This document shows, in pieces, positions 12,291 through 22,406 of a stretch of DNA of 64,000 nucleotides (position 1 is its first letter; the number at the start of each line of letters is the position of its first letter). The DNA is from Eledone cirrhosa (taxonomy: Eukaryota). Made by a program: the position numbers and the translations under genes. The stretch spans positions 356,748,001-356,812,000 of the forward strand of contig OZ024742.1 of NCBI GenBank assembly GCA_964016885.1, written 5' to 3'. Under the pieces are notes generated by a model that searched no databases, was not told where the DNA came from, and saw only the letters and a list, made by a program, of their open reading frames with translations.

Positions 12291-13466
12291 TTAGATATGA
12301 CAGTTGATTGTGCAGATACCACCTGAAAATCAAAGCTGAGTGATCAAAGCAAAAACTATCCAATGTCAACAAGGCCTCACATCAGATGCAGAGCCAAATT
12401 AACGTGATACTGACTGTTTGTAACTATTAAGGTGCTAATCACCATAAATACATATCAGAAGAACTAACTAAGAGTACATCATGGAGAGCCATTCCAGAAG
12501 GAGCCTTTCAGACAAGCTTCAAACTGGAAGAATTGCTGGCTAAGTCAGTAGAAGCACAAAGGAGTTTCACCAGAGTGGATTAACAATTGAACCACAACAA
12601 ACATTTTATCTATTTTCCCAGTAAAAGAGTGTATACTTTTTCAACAATCTTCTATGCGTAATTTTCATAAATTCTTTTTACGTTAGCATTGTGTATTTTT
12701 TTATTTTCATTCTCCCTTATAACATATATTCTAAGCATTATGCTGTTCTTTATGAATAATGTCCAACTTTAACATTCTCTACAGAAAGCTAGGTCCTTGA
12801 AAATCATAAAAGATTGTGATTTTCTGCATCAGCTAGACTTATATTGAGTAGCTAGATGTCACAATGAAGGAGGTTAATATTTGTTTTCTAGGAATGTTTT
12901 CTGTATACGACACATTTGTTAGTTGTAACTTACTTCAATACATCTAATTGCTCATGAACAATGATGCATATATTTAATTATGCATTTCACTACATCGGAA
13001 GCTATACAGGTGACACTAACTAGTTTAAATGCTTTTATGTGAGTATATATATATAAACATATACATAGAAAGTGAGAGATAATTGTGTGTGCGTATATGT
13101 ATACTTCATTTTACAAATGGGTGAAAAATTATATTCATTTTGTTGTTAAGCATGTTTTATGTATATCATCATCATCATCACCGTTTTACGTCCGTTCTTC
13201 CACGCTAGCATGGGTTAGACGGGTTGTCCTGTTGTGGGCAGTGTCTGGTGAGCTGACCATGCCTTGCTCATACAGGAACTGATTTGGCTTGATTTCTACA
13301 GCTGGATGCCCTTCCTAACACCAACCTCATTTACAGTGAGTGCTGGGTGCTTTTTCGTGGCGCCTACACGTCCACTTTACAGTGTGGGCTGGGTGCTTTT
13401 TTGCTGTGGCACCTCCACGACCACTTTGCGGTGGGGGGGGGGGGGGGGGCATATTGTCTATATGCT

Positions 13467-16400
13467 TCAGCTTGTACCCATGGGAGGTCGGGTACCTTGT
13501 ATTACTGCGTGACGCCAGAAGTCACGGTCGTGTGCCGTTGCCTTTGAGAGGTGTAATTGGGTAAGGTTGGCTTTTATCACCTCATCCCAGGTCATCTTGG
13601 GTCTCCCCACTCCGCGGTTTCCATCAACTTCTAGTGCTCTGCACATTTTTATGCAGCTGTCATCCTTCATACGCATCACATGTCCATACCAACGCAACCG
13701 CCTCTCCTGCACACAGCATTTGATTCCTCTTATGCTCAGTCTCTCTCTCAATTCATTTATGCTTTGTCGTTCGCGTATATTACTGTTACACATCCATCGG
13801 AGCATGCAGGCTTCGTTTCTCTCTAATCTACGTAAGACTTCCACCTTCAGCGCCCAGGTCTCACTATCATGCAACATCGCTGTTCGGATACACGCATCAT
13901 ACAGTCTGCCTTTCATTCTGAGGGGGAAGCCTTTTGCAGCTAGCAGTGGTAGTAGTTCCCTAAACTTCTTCCATCACGTTCTTACCCTAGTTATTGTACT
14001 TTCTAAACACCCACCTCCGCTGCTAATTCGGTCACCTAGGTAGCAGAAGCTGTCTACTGTTTCTACAAAGCCCTCCCAGAGATTGGTGGTACTTGTTTCC
14101 TGTGGCTGTTTGCTGCTTGCTGTCCCAGCACAGCTGCTGCATGTGAATCCTACATTCTTAATTAAGCTTCCTGAGATCCCGCTACATCTCTTGTGTACCC
14201 ATTCTTTGCATTTGGGGCAGAGAATGGAGTTCCTACCTACACCTTTCCTACATACTGAGCAAGGCCATTTCCATGAGGGGATCTGGGTTCTGTTTTCTCG
14301 TCTACTTACAAGGACCTTAGTCTTTGTCATGTTGACTTTGAGACCCTTTCTTTCTAGTCCCTGCTCCCAAGTTTGGAATTTATTCTCTAGTTCTACCATA
14401 GATTCAGCTATAAGTGCGAGGTCATCAGCATACAGGAGTTCCCATGGGCATCCGGTCTTAAATTCCTCCGTTATTGCCTGCAGGACTATGATGAACAGGA
14501 GGGGTCTAAGAACAGAGACCTGGTGGATCCCAACCTGTACGCTAAATTCCTCGCTATACTCATTGCTAATCCTAACTTTGCTGACTGCTCCCCTATACAT
14601 GGCTTGTACCGCTTTCACAAGCCATTCATCTACTAGTAGTTTTCTAAGCGCCCACCAGATTACATCACGTGGAACTTTGTCAAAGGCTTTCTCAAGGTCG
14701 ACAAATGCCAAGTAGAGTGGCTTACTTTTAGCTAGGTACTTTTCCTGTAATTGCCTCACAAGGAAGAGGGCATCAGTGGTGCCTCTTCCTGGTACAAACC
14801 CAAATTGCATCTCGTCTATTTTCACCCGGTGCCTAATCAGCTGTGCTATAACTCTTTCTGTTACTTTCATGACCTGGTCCATCAGCTTTATACCTCTATA
14901 GTTTCCTCTATCTAGTGCATCGCCTTTACCTTTGTAGCAGTTGACAATGATGCTACTGCACCAATCTTTTGGTGTGGCACCTTCTAGTATTACCTGGTTA
15001 ACGATACGTGTGGTTATAGTGTGACCTACAGACCCAGATGCCTTCAGCATCTCAGCAGCTATACCCAATGGACCGGTTGCCTTCCCCATCTTCATATCTT
15101 TGATTGCCTTACTTACTACGCTGCTGCTGACTTGTACTGCTGGTCTCTCTATAGGGTCCACTTGGTGTAGGGTCTCTTCTTCCCATGCATTCTCCTCATT
15201 TAGTAATCTATCATAATGACTCTTCCATGCATCTTTCTTCTCAGCACTTGTGATGGCAAGCTCACCTTTATCATTCCGGATACACTTCTCTCCAATGACA
15301 TCACAACTATCTCTGACACACTGCCTCGCAATCTTGAATACCTCCTGTTTCTGGTCCTCATGTTGCAAAACATGCTTGAATTTTCTATCCTCTGCTTCCC
15401 TCCTAGCTAAGTATACTTGTCGCCTAGCTTCCCTCTTGGTCTCTATGTAATGACCCTGCTCCCCCCGTTCTTCCATTCTTTCCATGCCTGTCTCTTTGCC
15501 GTAACTGCTTCATCTACCTCATTGTTCCACCACCAAGTCACTCTCCTCCTGCTTGAGGTCTTACTCCAGCCACAGACCTCATCCGTTGCCTCTAGTAAAT
15601 TATTTTTTAGGAACTCCCAGTTCTCTTCTACATTAAATGTCTCTATCTGTTCTTCTTTACTGTCGTAGGCGTTGAGTAAAATATCTTTAAATCTGTTACT
15701 GGTTGAGGGGACTTTCAGCTTCCAGATCTTTCTTCTCCAGGTTGGCCTCTGTTTCCGGGTTCGTCTAGTTCTGACCGTGAGGTCGCTGACAACTAAGCTA
15801 TGTTGGGATGTACATTCCTCACTAGGGAAGGCTTTTGTGTTTACGACCGTCCATCTGTCACGTCCTCTGATGAGGATAAAATCCAACTGACTAGAGTGCT
15901 CCCCTGATCTATAGGTGATCAGGTGGTTGTCGGGTTTTTTAAAGTTTGTGTTACATATCGACATGTCATTGGCGTCGCAGAATTCTAGAAGTCTGAATCT
16001 TTCCTCCTTTCTTGTGCCAACCCCATGGCCTCCATGTACTCTATTGAAGCCGTCGCAGTGTTTACCTACGTGTCCGTTAAATTCTCCTGCGATGATTAGT
16101 AAGTCATTGTCGTCTGTTAGAGCAGTAGTGTGCATTAGGGACTCGTAAAACCTATCCTTAAGTTCGTAAGCTGATATTATTGTTTAAGCTGATATTATTG
16201 TGGTAATTGTTTTATTCAGGACTAGTCTGAGTTAATGTTTCTTGCATTTACACTGTACACTGAGATTACTTTATCTACCCACTTGTCAGCTAATAGTATA
16301 CCTACACCACCCATCCCATCGTCATTTCCCACCCAGAAAAATTTGTAGCACTGACTTTTTCCTACGAGGACTCTGTCAGACTCTCCTCTCTATCTAGTCT

Positions 16401-16580
16401 CTTGCACACAGCATACATCAATTTCCTTTCTCTCTAGCATTTCTACGATTTCTCCTGCTCTTCCTTTCATTGAGCCTACATTGATGGTACCAACTCGGAG
16501 TTTTGGGTATTTGTCGACACTCGTAGGGAAGGGTCTCCGGTTGGCGCTTCATGTGGGTGCTTGGTAGCTCGCAGATTCAT
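13467..16580 (-). pseudogene. Frameshifted APE-RT ORF of RTE copy 1
   Basis: ORF pieces 15443-16135, 13974-15485 and 13467-13916 align to the intact 1039-aa ORF. Lesions include AGEFN for AGDFN, HQVSVLRP for HQGSVLSP, loss of the YAPQ loop and several frameshifts. Confidence 0.92.
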
Positions 16581-16726
16581 ATTTCATCTATTGATTCAGA
16601 GTTGCTCAAATTTATTCTCAGCCCATCCATCCATAACGGTGGGAAAATTGAGGGCTAGAAGAACAGTGGTGGTGGGGTAATGGCAGGGTGTGTTGGGCTG
16701 CGACAGGGGAGGAGAGAGTTAGTTAG

Positions 16727-16760
<34 letters not shown>

Positions 16761-16770
16761 CAGCAGTAGC
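16727..16770. repeat. (TAG)n/(CAG)n microsatellite in the RTE 5' UTR
   Basis: gtagtagtag...cagcagtag; a shorter version is at ~22308-22327 in copy 2. Confidence 0.85.
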
Positions 16771-17313
16771 CGTAGAAATGGCATGCTGAGGTTTGATTGG
16801 TCGAATAGGCTATGGCGGTGTGAGGGGGTGGGAGGAAGGGAAATTGTGAGGTAGGCACTGAGGGGCGCCTTCAAGACCGCATGGTAAATCCGAAATAATA
16901 CAGCAGAAAAACAGGGTAAATCCGAAATAATACAGCAGAAAACAGCAGTAATATTAATAATAATAACGTCATAAGAGCTAAGATACCTTCGTAAATTTGT
17001 ATGGATGGGTGGCTGGAACGAAACCGAATCAACTCTAGTGACACATTTTAGCAGATAAGGAGAAAGTGTCTTATCTCTTCAAAAGCTTCAAGACGAGTGA
17101 TATGGTAGCCATCATAGAGAGAGATATAGAGAGGGGGGGGGGCACTGAGGGTCGCCTTCAAGACCGCATGGTAAATCGGAAATAATGCAGCAGAAAACAG
17201 CAGTAATATTAATAATAATAACGTCATAAGATCTAAGATATATATATATATATGTGTGTGTATGTACTGTTTTTCTGTATGTTTTCTATATATATATGAA
17301 TATATATATATAT

Positions 17314-18033
17314 AGGAACGAAGCTTGCATGCTCCGTTGGATGTGTAATAGTAATATACGTGAACGGCAAAGCATAAATTAACTGAGTGAGAAATTAGGA
17401 ATAAGAGGGATCAGATGCTGTTTACTCAAGAGAAGACTACGTTGGTACGGTCACGTGAAGTGCAGGGCGATCAAAATAGACGGTAGCCACGGAGTAGGCA
17501 GACACAGAAAAACCAGTGACGACTTGATAAATTCCGAGCTCACACACTTACACCTCTCCAAGACAATGTCACTGGACCGAGATCTTTGGTGCTACGCAGT
17601 AATACAGAAGACCCGCCTTGCCTAAGTGCAAAGCGAAACCTACAGACAATAGGCACCTCTTAACCAAATATACACCCCCGTTCCACTACCCCCACCCCAT
17701 CTACATCACCCCTTTCGATGTAAAGTTATGTTGGTACCACAACATCCAGTCCTAAATAAATGAGGTCGTGTAGGTGTCACGACAAAAAAACACAGTCCAT
17801 GCTGTAATGTGGCCGTGTAGGTAACATTGTAAAAGCCTCCCAGTCCGCACTGTAAATGTGGTTGGTGTTAGGAAGGGCATCCAGCCATAGAAAAGCCGCC
17901 AGACAGCTCTATACAGGCAAGACAACCAATCTTGCCTCAAGTGGGAAAATTCCTGTCCAAACCCATGCTAGCGTGGAAGATGGACGTTAAACGATGATGA
18001 TGATGATGGTGATGATGATAATGATGATGATGA
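17314..18033 (+). mobile_element. 5'-truncated RTE LINE of a related subfamily, opposite orientation
   Basis: Translates RNEACMLRWMCNSNIRERQSIN*LSEKLGIRGIRCC; 3' UTR motif ggttggtgttaggaagggcatccagc; ends cccatgctagcgtggaagatggacgttaaac followed by (GAT)n. Confidence 0.88.
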
Positions 18034-18195
18034 TTGTGTGTGTGTGTTTGTATTTACTGTTTTTCTGTATGTTTCATATATATACATAGATATATATATA
18101 CATAGAAAGAGAGAGTTATGTGTGTGTGTGTGTGTATATGTATGCTTCATTTTACAAATGGGCGAAAAATTGTATTCATTTTGTTATTATGCATG

Positions 18196-18227
<32 letters not shown>

Positions 18228-19039
18228 CATGCTTAATAACAAAATGAATATATATATTTGATGTAAATTGATAGATAGATTGATATATATTGATGAGTCA
18301 GTAAGTAGATTGCAAATGATGAGATTATGTCTTCTTATAGATCAATATGGTGAATATTTGGTCACTGGAACTTTTAGAAAGAAAGAAACAATCAAAAATA
18401 AATAGCTAACAGAAGAATACCAAATTTTTCTAAGTAGGCCATTAGAACAAACATTATTATCACAAATCTACAGAGAAAATTTGGTGTAAATATATTAGAT
18501 TTTCAGATGCAATATTTAACTTCACATAATTAAAGAAAAGAAATCTCTTCCCCTCACCAATAAAAAAAATAAAAATAAAAAGCTAACAATAAAAGTGACC
18601 ATCTATTTCATTGATTGTTATTTTAAATTCTCCATTCTTGAAATCTATATTGATGTAAATGATGTCAAGTCGACAAATTGATTTGCAATGTAAGCAATTT
18701 TTATAAACGTACTTTGTAATCATTTAAAAAAAGATTCAATCATCATCATCATCATCATCACCGTTTTACGTCCGTTCTTCCACGCTAGCATGGGTTAGAC
18801 GGGTTGTCCTGTTGTGGGCAGTGTCTGGTCGGCTGACCATGCCTTGCTCATACAGGAACTGATCTGGCTTGATTTCTACAGCTGGATGCCCTTCCTAACA
18901 CCAACCTCATTTACAGTGAGTGCTGGGTGCTTTTTCGTGGCGCCTACACGTCCACTTTACAGTGTGGGCTGGGTGCTTTTTTGCCGTGGCACCTCCACGA
19001 CCACCTTGCGGTGGGGGGGGGGCATATTGTTTATATGCT

Positions 19040-22000
19040 TCAGCATGTACCCATGGGAGGTCGGGTACCCTGTATTACTGCGTGACGCCAGAAGTCACGG
19101 TCGTGTGTCATTGACTTTGAGAGGTGTAGTTGGGTAAGGTCGGCTTTTATCACCTCATCCCAAGTCATCTTGGGTCTCCCCACTCCGCGGTTTCCATCAA
19201 CTTCTAGTGCTCTGCACCTTTTTATGCAGCTGTCATCCTTCATACGCATCACATGTCCATACCAGCGTAACCGCCTCTCCTGCACGCAGCATTTGATTCC
19301 TCTTATGCTCAGTCTCTCTCTCAATTCATTTATGCTTTGTCGTTCACGTATATTACTGTTACACATCCATCGGAGCATGCAGGCTTCGTTTCTCTCTAAT
19401 CTACGTAAGTCTTCCACCTTCAGCGCCCAGGTCTCACTACCATGCAACATCGCTGTTCGGATACACGCATCATACAGTCTGCCTTTCATTCTGAGGGAGA
19501 AGCCTTTTGCAGCTAGCAGTGGTAGTAGTTCCCTAAACTTCTTCCATCCCGTTCTTACCCTAGTTATTGTACTTTCTGAGCACCCACCTCCGTTGCTAAT
19601 TCGGTCACCTAGGTAGCAGAAGCTGTCTACTGTTTCTACAGGGCCCTCCCAGAGATTGGTGGTACTTGTTTCCTGTGGCTGTTTGCTTGCTGTTTCAGCA
19701 CAGCTGCTGCATGTGAATCCTACATTCTTAATTAAGCTTCCTGAGATCCCGCTACATCTCTTGTGTACCCATTGTTTGCATTTGGGGCAAAGAATGGAGT
19801 TCCTACCTACACCTTTCCTACATACTGAGCAAGGCCATTTCCCTGAGGGGATCTGGGTTCTGTTTTCTCGTCTACTTATAAGGACCTTAGTCTTTGTCAT
19901 GTTGACTTTGAGGCCCTTTCTCTCTAGTCCCTGCTTCCAGGTTTGGAATTTATTCTCTAGTTCTACCATAGATTCAGCTATGAGTGCGAGGTCATCAGCA
20001 TACAGGAGTTCCCATGGGCATCCGGTCTTAAACTCCTCCGTTATTGCCTGCAGGACTATGATGAACAGGAGAGGGCTAAGAACAGAGCCCTGGTGGACCC
20101 CAACCTGTACGCTAAATTCCTCGCTATACTCATTGCCAATCCTAACTTTGCTGACTGCTCCCCTATACATGGCTTGTACCGCTTTCACAAGCCATTCATC
20201 TACTCCTAGTTTTCTAAGAGCCCACCAGATTACTGCACGTGGAACTCTGTCAAAGGCTTTCTCAAGGTCGACAAATGCCAAGTAGAGTGGCTTACTTTTA
20301 GCTAGGTACTTTTCCTGTAATTGCCTCACAAGGAAGAGCGCATCAGTGGTGCCTTTCCCTGGAACAAACCCAAATTGCATCTCGTCTATATTCACCCGGT
20401 CCCTAATCAGCTGTGCTATAACTCTTTCTGTTACTTTCATGACCTGGTCCATCAACTTTATACCTCTATAGTTTCCTCTATCTAGTGCATCGCCTTTACC
20501 TTTGTAGCAGTTGACAATGATGCTACTGCACCAATCTTTTGGTATGGCCCCCTCTAGTATTACCTGGTTAACGATATGTGTGGTTATAGTGTGACCTACA
20601 GACCCAGATGCCTTCAGCATCTCGGCAGCTATACCCGATGGACCGGTTGCCTTCCCTATCTTCATATCTCTGATTGCCTTACTTACTACGCTGCCGCTGA
20701 CTTGTACTGCTGGTCCCTCTATAGGGTCTACGTGGGGTAGGGTCTCTTCTTCCCATGCATTCTCCTCATTTAGTAATCTATCATAATGACTCTTCCATGC
20801 ATCTTTCTTCTCAGCACTTGTGAGGGCAAGCTCACCTTTATCATTCCGGATACACTTCTCTCCAATGACATCACAACTATCTCTGACACACTGCCTCGCA
20901 ATCTTGAATACCTCCTGTTTCTGGTCCTCACGTTGTAAAACATGCTTGAATTTTCTATCCTCTGCTTCCCTCCTAGCTAAGTATACTTGTCGCCTAGCTT
21001 CCCTCTTGGTCTCTATGTAATGTACCCTGCTCCCCCCGTTCTTCCATTCTTTCCATGCCTGTCTCTTAGCCTTGACTGCTTCATCTACCTTATTGTTCCA
21101 CCACCAAGTCACTCTCCTCCTGCTTGAGGTCTTACTCCAGCCACAAACCTCATCCGTCGCCTCTAGTAAGTTATTTTTTAGGAACTCCCAGTTCTCTTCT
21201 ACGTTAAATGTCTCTATCTGTTCTTCTTTACTGTCGTAGGCGTTGAGTAAAATATCTTTAAATCTGTTACTGGTTGAGGGGACTTTCAGCTTCCAGATCT
21301 TTCTTCTCCAGGTTGGCCTCTGTTTCAGGGCTCGTCTAGTTCTGACCGTGAGGTCGCTGACAACTAAGCTATGTTGGGATGTACATTCCTCACTAGGGAA
21401 GGCTTTTGTGTTTACGACCGTCCATCTGTCACGTCCTCTGATGAGGATAAAATCTAACTGACTAGAGTGCTCCCCTGATCTATAGGTGATCAGGTGGTTG
21501 TCGGGTTTTTTAAAGTTTGTGTTACATATCGACATGTCATTGGCGTCGCAGAATTCTAGAAGTCTGAATCCTTCCTCATTCCTTGTGCCAACTCCATGGC
21601 CTCCATGTACTCTATTGAAGCCGTCGCAGTGTTTACCTACGTGTCCGTTAAAATCTCCTGCAATGATTAGGAAGTCCTTGTCGTCTGTTAGAGCAGTAGT
21701 GTGTATTAGGGACTCGTAAAACCTATCCTTAAGTTCGTCTGGCAGCCCCGATTGGGGTGCGTAAGCTGATATTATTGTGGTAATTGTCTTATTCAGGACT
21801 AGTCTGAGTTTAATGATTCTTGCATTTACCCTGTACACTGAGATTACTTTATCTACCCACTTGTCAGCTAATAGTATACCTACACCACCCATCCCATCGT
21901 CATTTCCCACCCAGAAAAATTTGTAGCACTGGCTTTTTCCTACAAGGACTCTAGCAGACCCTCCTCTCCATCTAGTCTCTTGCACACAGCATACATCAAC

Positions 22001-22159
22001 TTCCTTTCGCTCTAGCATTTCTACGATTTCTCCTGCTCTTCCTTTCATTGAGCCTACATTGATGGTACCAACTCGGAGTTTTGGGCATTTGTCGACACTC
22101 GTAGGGGAGGGTCTCTGGGTTGGCGCTTCACGTGGGTGCTTGGTAGCTCGCAGATTCAT
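19040..22159 (-). CDS. RTE-type polyprotein: apurinic-like endonuclease + reverse transcriptase with inserted PHD finger (1039 aa)
   Basis: APE motifs GTINV, CCVQETRW, SAYAPQ, AGDFNGHVG, LDFIL, SQH. RT motifs NYRGIKL, QFGF, FVDLEKAFD, GVHQGSVLSP, LYADD, FCYLG. RTE C-terminus RLRWYGHVMR...GRPKMTW. C4HC3 finger at 19700-19831. Confidence 0.96.
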   Translation of the reverse strand: MNLRATKHPREAPTQRPSPTSVDKCPKLRVGTINVGSMKGRAGEIVEMLERKEVDVCCVQETRWRGGSARVLVGKSQCYKFFWVGNDDGMGGVGILLADKWVDKVISVYRVNARIIKLRLVLNKTITTIISAYAPQSGLPDELKDRFYESLIHTTALTDDKDFLIIAGDFNGHVGKHCDGFNRVHGGHGVGTRNEEGFRLLEFCDANDMSICNTNFKKPDNHLITYRSGEHSSQLDFILIRGRDRWTVVNTKAFPSEECTSQHSLVVSDLTVRTRRALKQRPTWRRKIWKLKVPSTSNRFKDILLNAYDSKEEQIETFNVEENWEFLKNNLLEATDEVCGWSKTSSRRRVTWWWNNKVDEAVKAKRQAWKEWKNGGSRVHYIETKREARRQVYLARREAEDRKFKHVLQREDQKQEVFKIARQCVRDSCDVIGEKCIRNDKGELALTSAEKKDAWKSHYDRLLNEENAWEEETLPHVDPIEGPAVQVSGSVVSKAIRDMKIGKATGPSGIAAEMLKASGSVGHTITTHIVNQVILEGAIPKDWCSSIIVNCYKGKGDALDRGNYRGIKLMDQVMKVTERVIAQLIRDRVNIDEMQFGFVPGKGTTDALFLVRQLQEKYLAKSKPLYLAFVDLEKAFDRVPRAVIWWALRKLGVDEWLVKAVQAMYRGAVSKVRIGNEYSEEFSVQVGVHQGSVLSPLLFIIVLQAITEEFKTGCPWELLYADDLALIAESMVELENKFQTWKQGLERKGLKVNMTKTKVLISRRENRTQIPSGKWPCSVCRKGVGRNSILCPKCKQWVHKRCSGISGSLIKNVGFTCSSCAETASKQPQETSTTNLWEGPVETVDSFCYLGDRISNGGGCSESTITRVRTGWKKFRELLPLLAAKGFSLRMKGRLYDACIRTAMLHGSETWALKVEDLRRLERNEACMLRWMCNSNIRERQSINELRERLSIRGIKCCVQERRLRWYGHVMRMKDDSCIKRCRALEVDGNRGVGRPKMTWDEVIKADLTQLHLSKSMTHDRDFWRHAVIQGTRPPMGTC

Positions 22160-22406
22160 ATTTCATCTATTGATTCAGAGTTGCTCGTGTATTCCCAGCT
22201 CATCCATCCCTAACGGTGGGAAAATTGAGGGCTAGAAGGACAGTGGTGGTGGGGTAATGGCAGGGTGTGTTGGGATGCGCCAGAGGAGGAGAGAGTTAGT
22301 TAGGCAGGTAGTAGCAGCAGCAGCAGTGGAAATGGCATGCTAGGTTTGATTGGTCGAATAGACTATGGTGGTGTGTGGGGGTGGGGGGGGGAGGGAAATT
22401 GTGAGG

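Larger units (their letters stand above)
13165..17238 (-). mobile_element. RTE-clade LINE, copy 1 (near full length, disrupted)
   Basis: (ATC)n tail at 13165-13180; 3' UTR and ORF closely similar to copy 2; 5' region has a ~290-bp monomer plus a partial second copy (16853-17238). Confidence 0.92.

Noticed and set aside
12380-12590. Possible CR1/L2-like 3' end
   Set aside because: Motif similarity is too weak and frameshifted to call.
13567-21719. Plus-strand ORFs overlapping the RTE ORFs
   Set aside because: Antisense shadows of the LINE coding sequence with no independent motifs.
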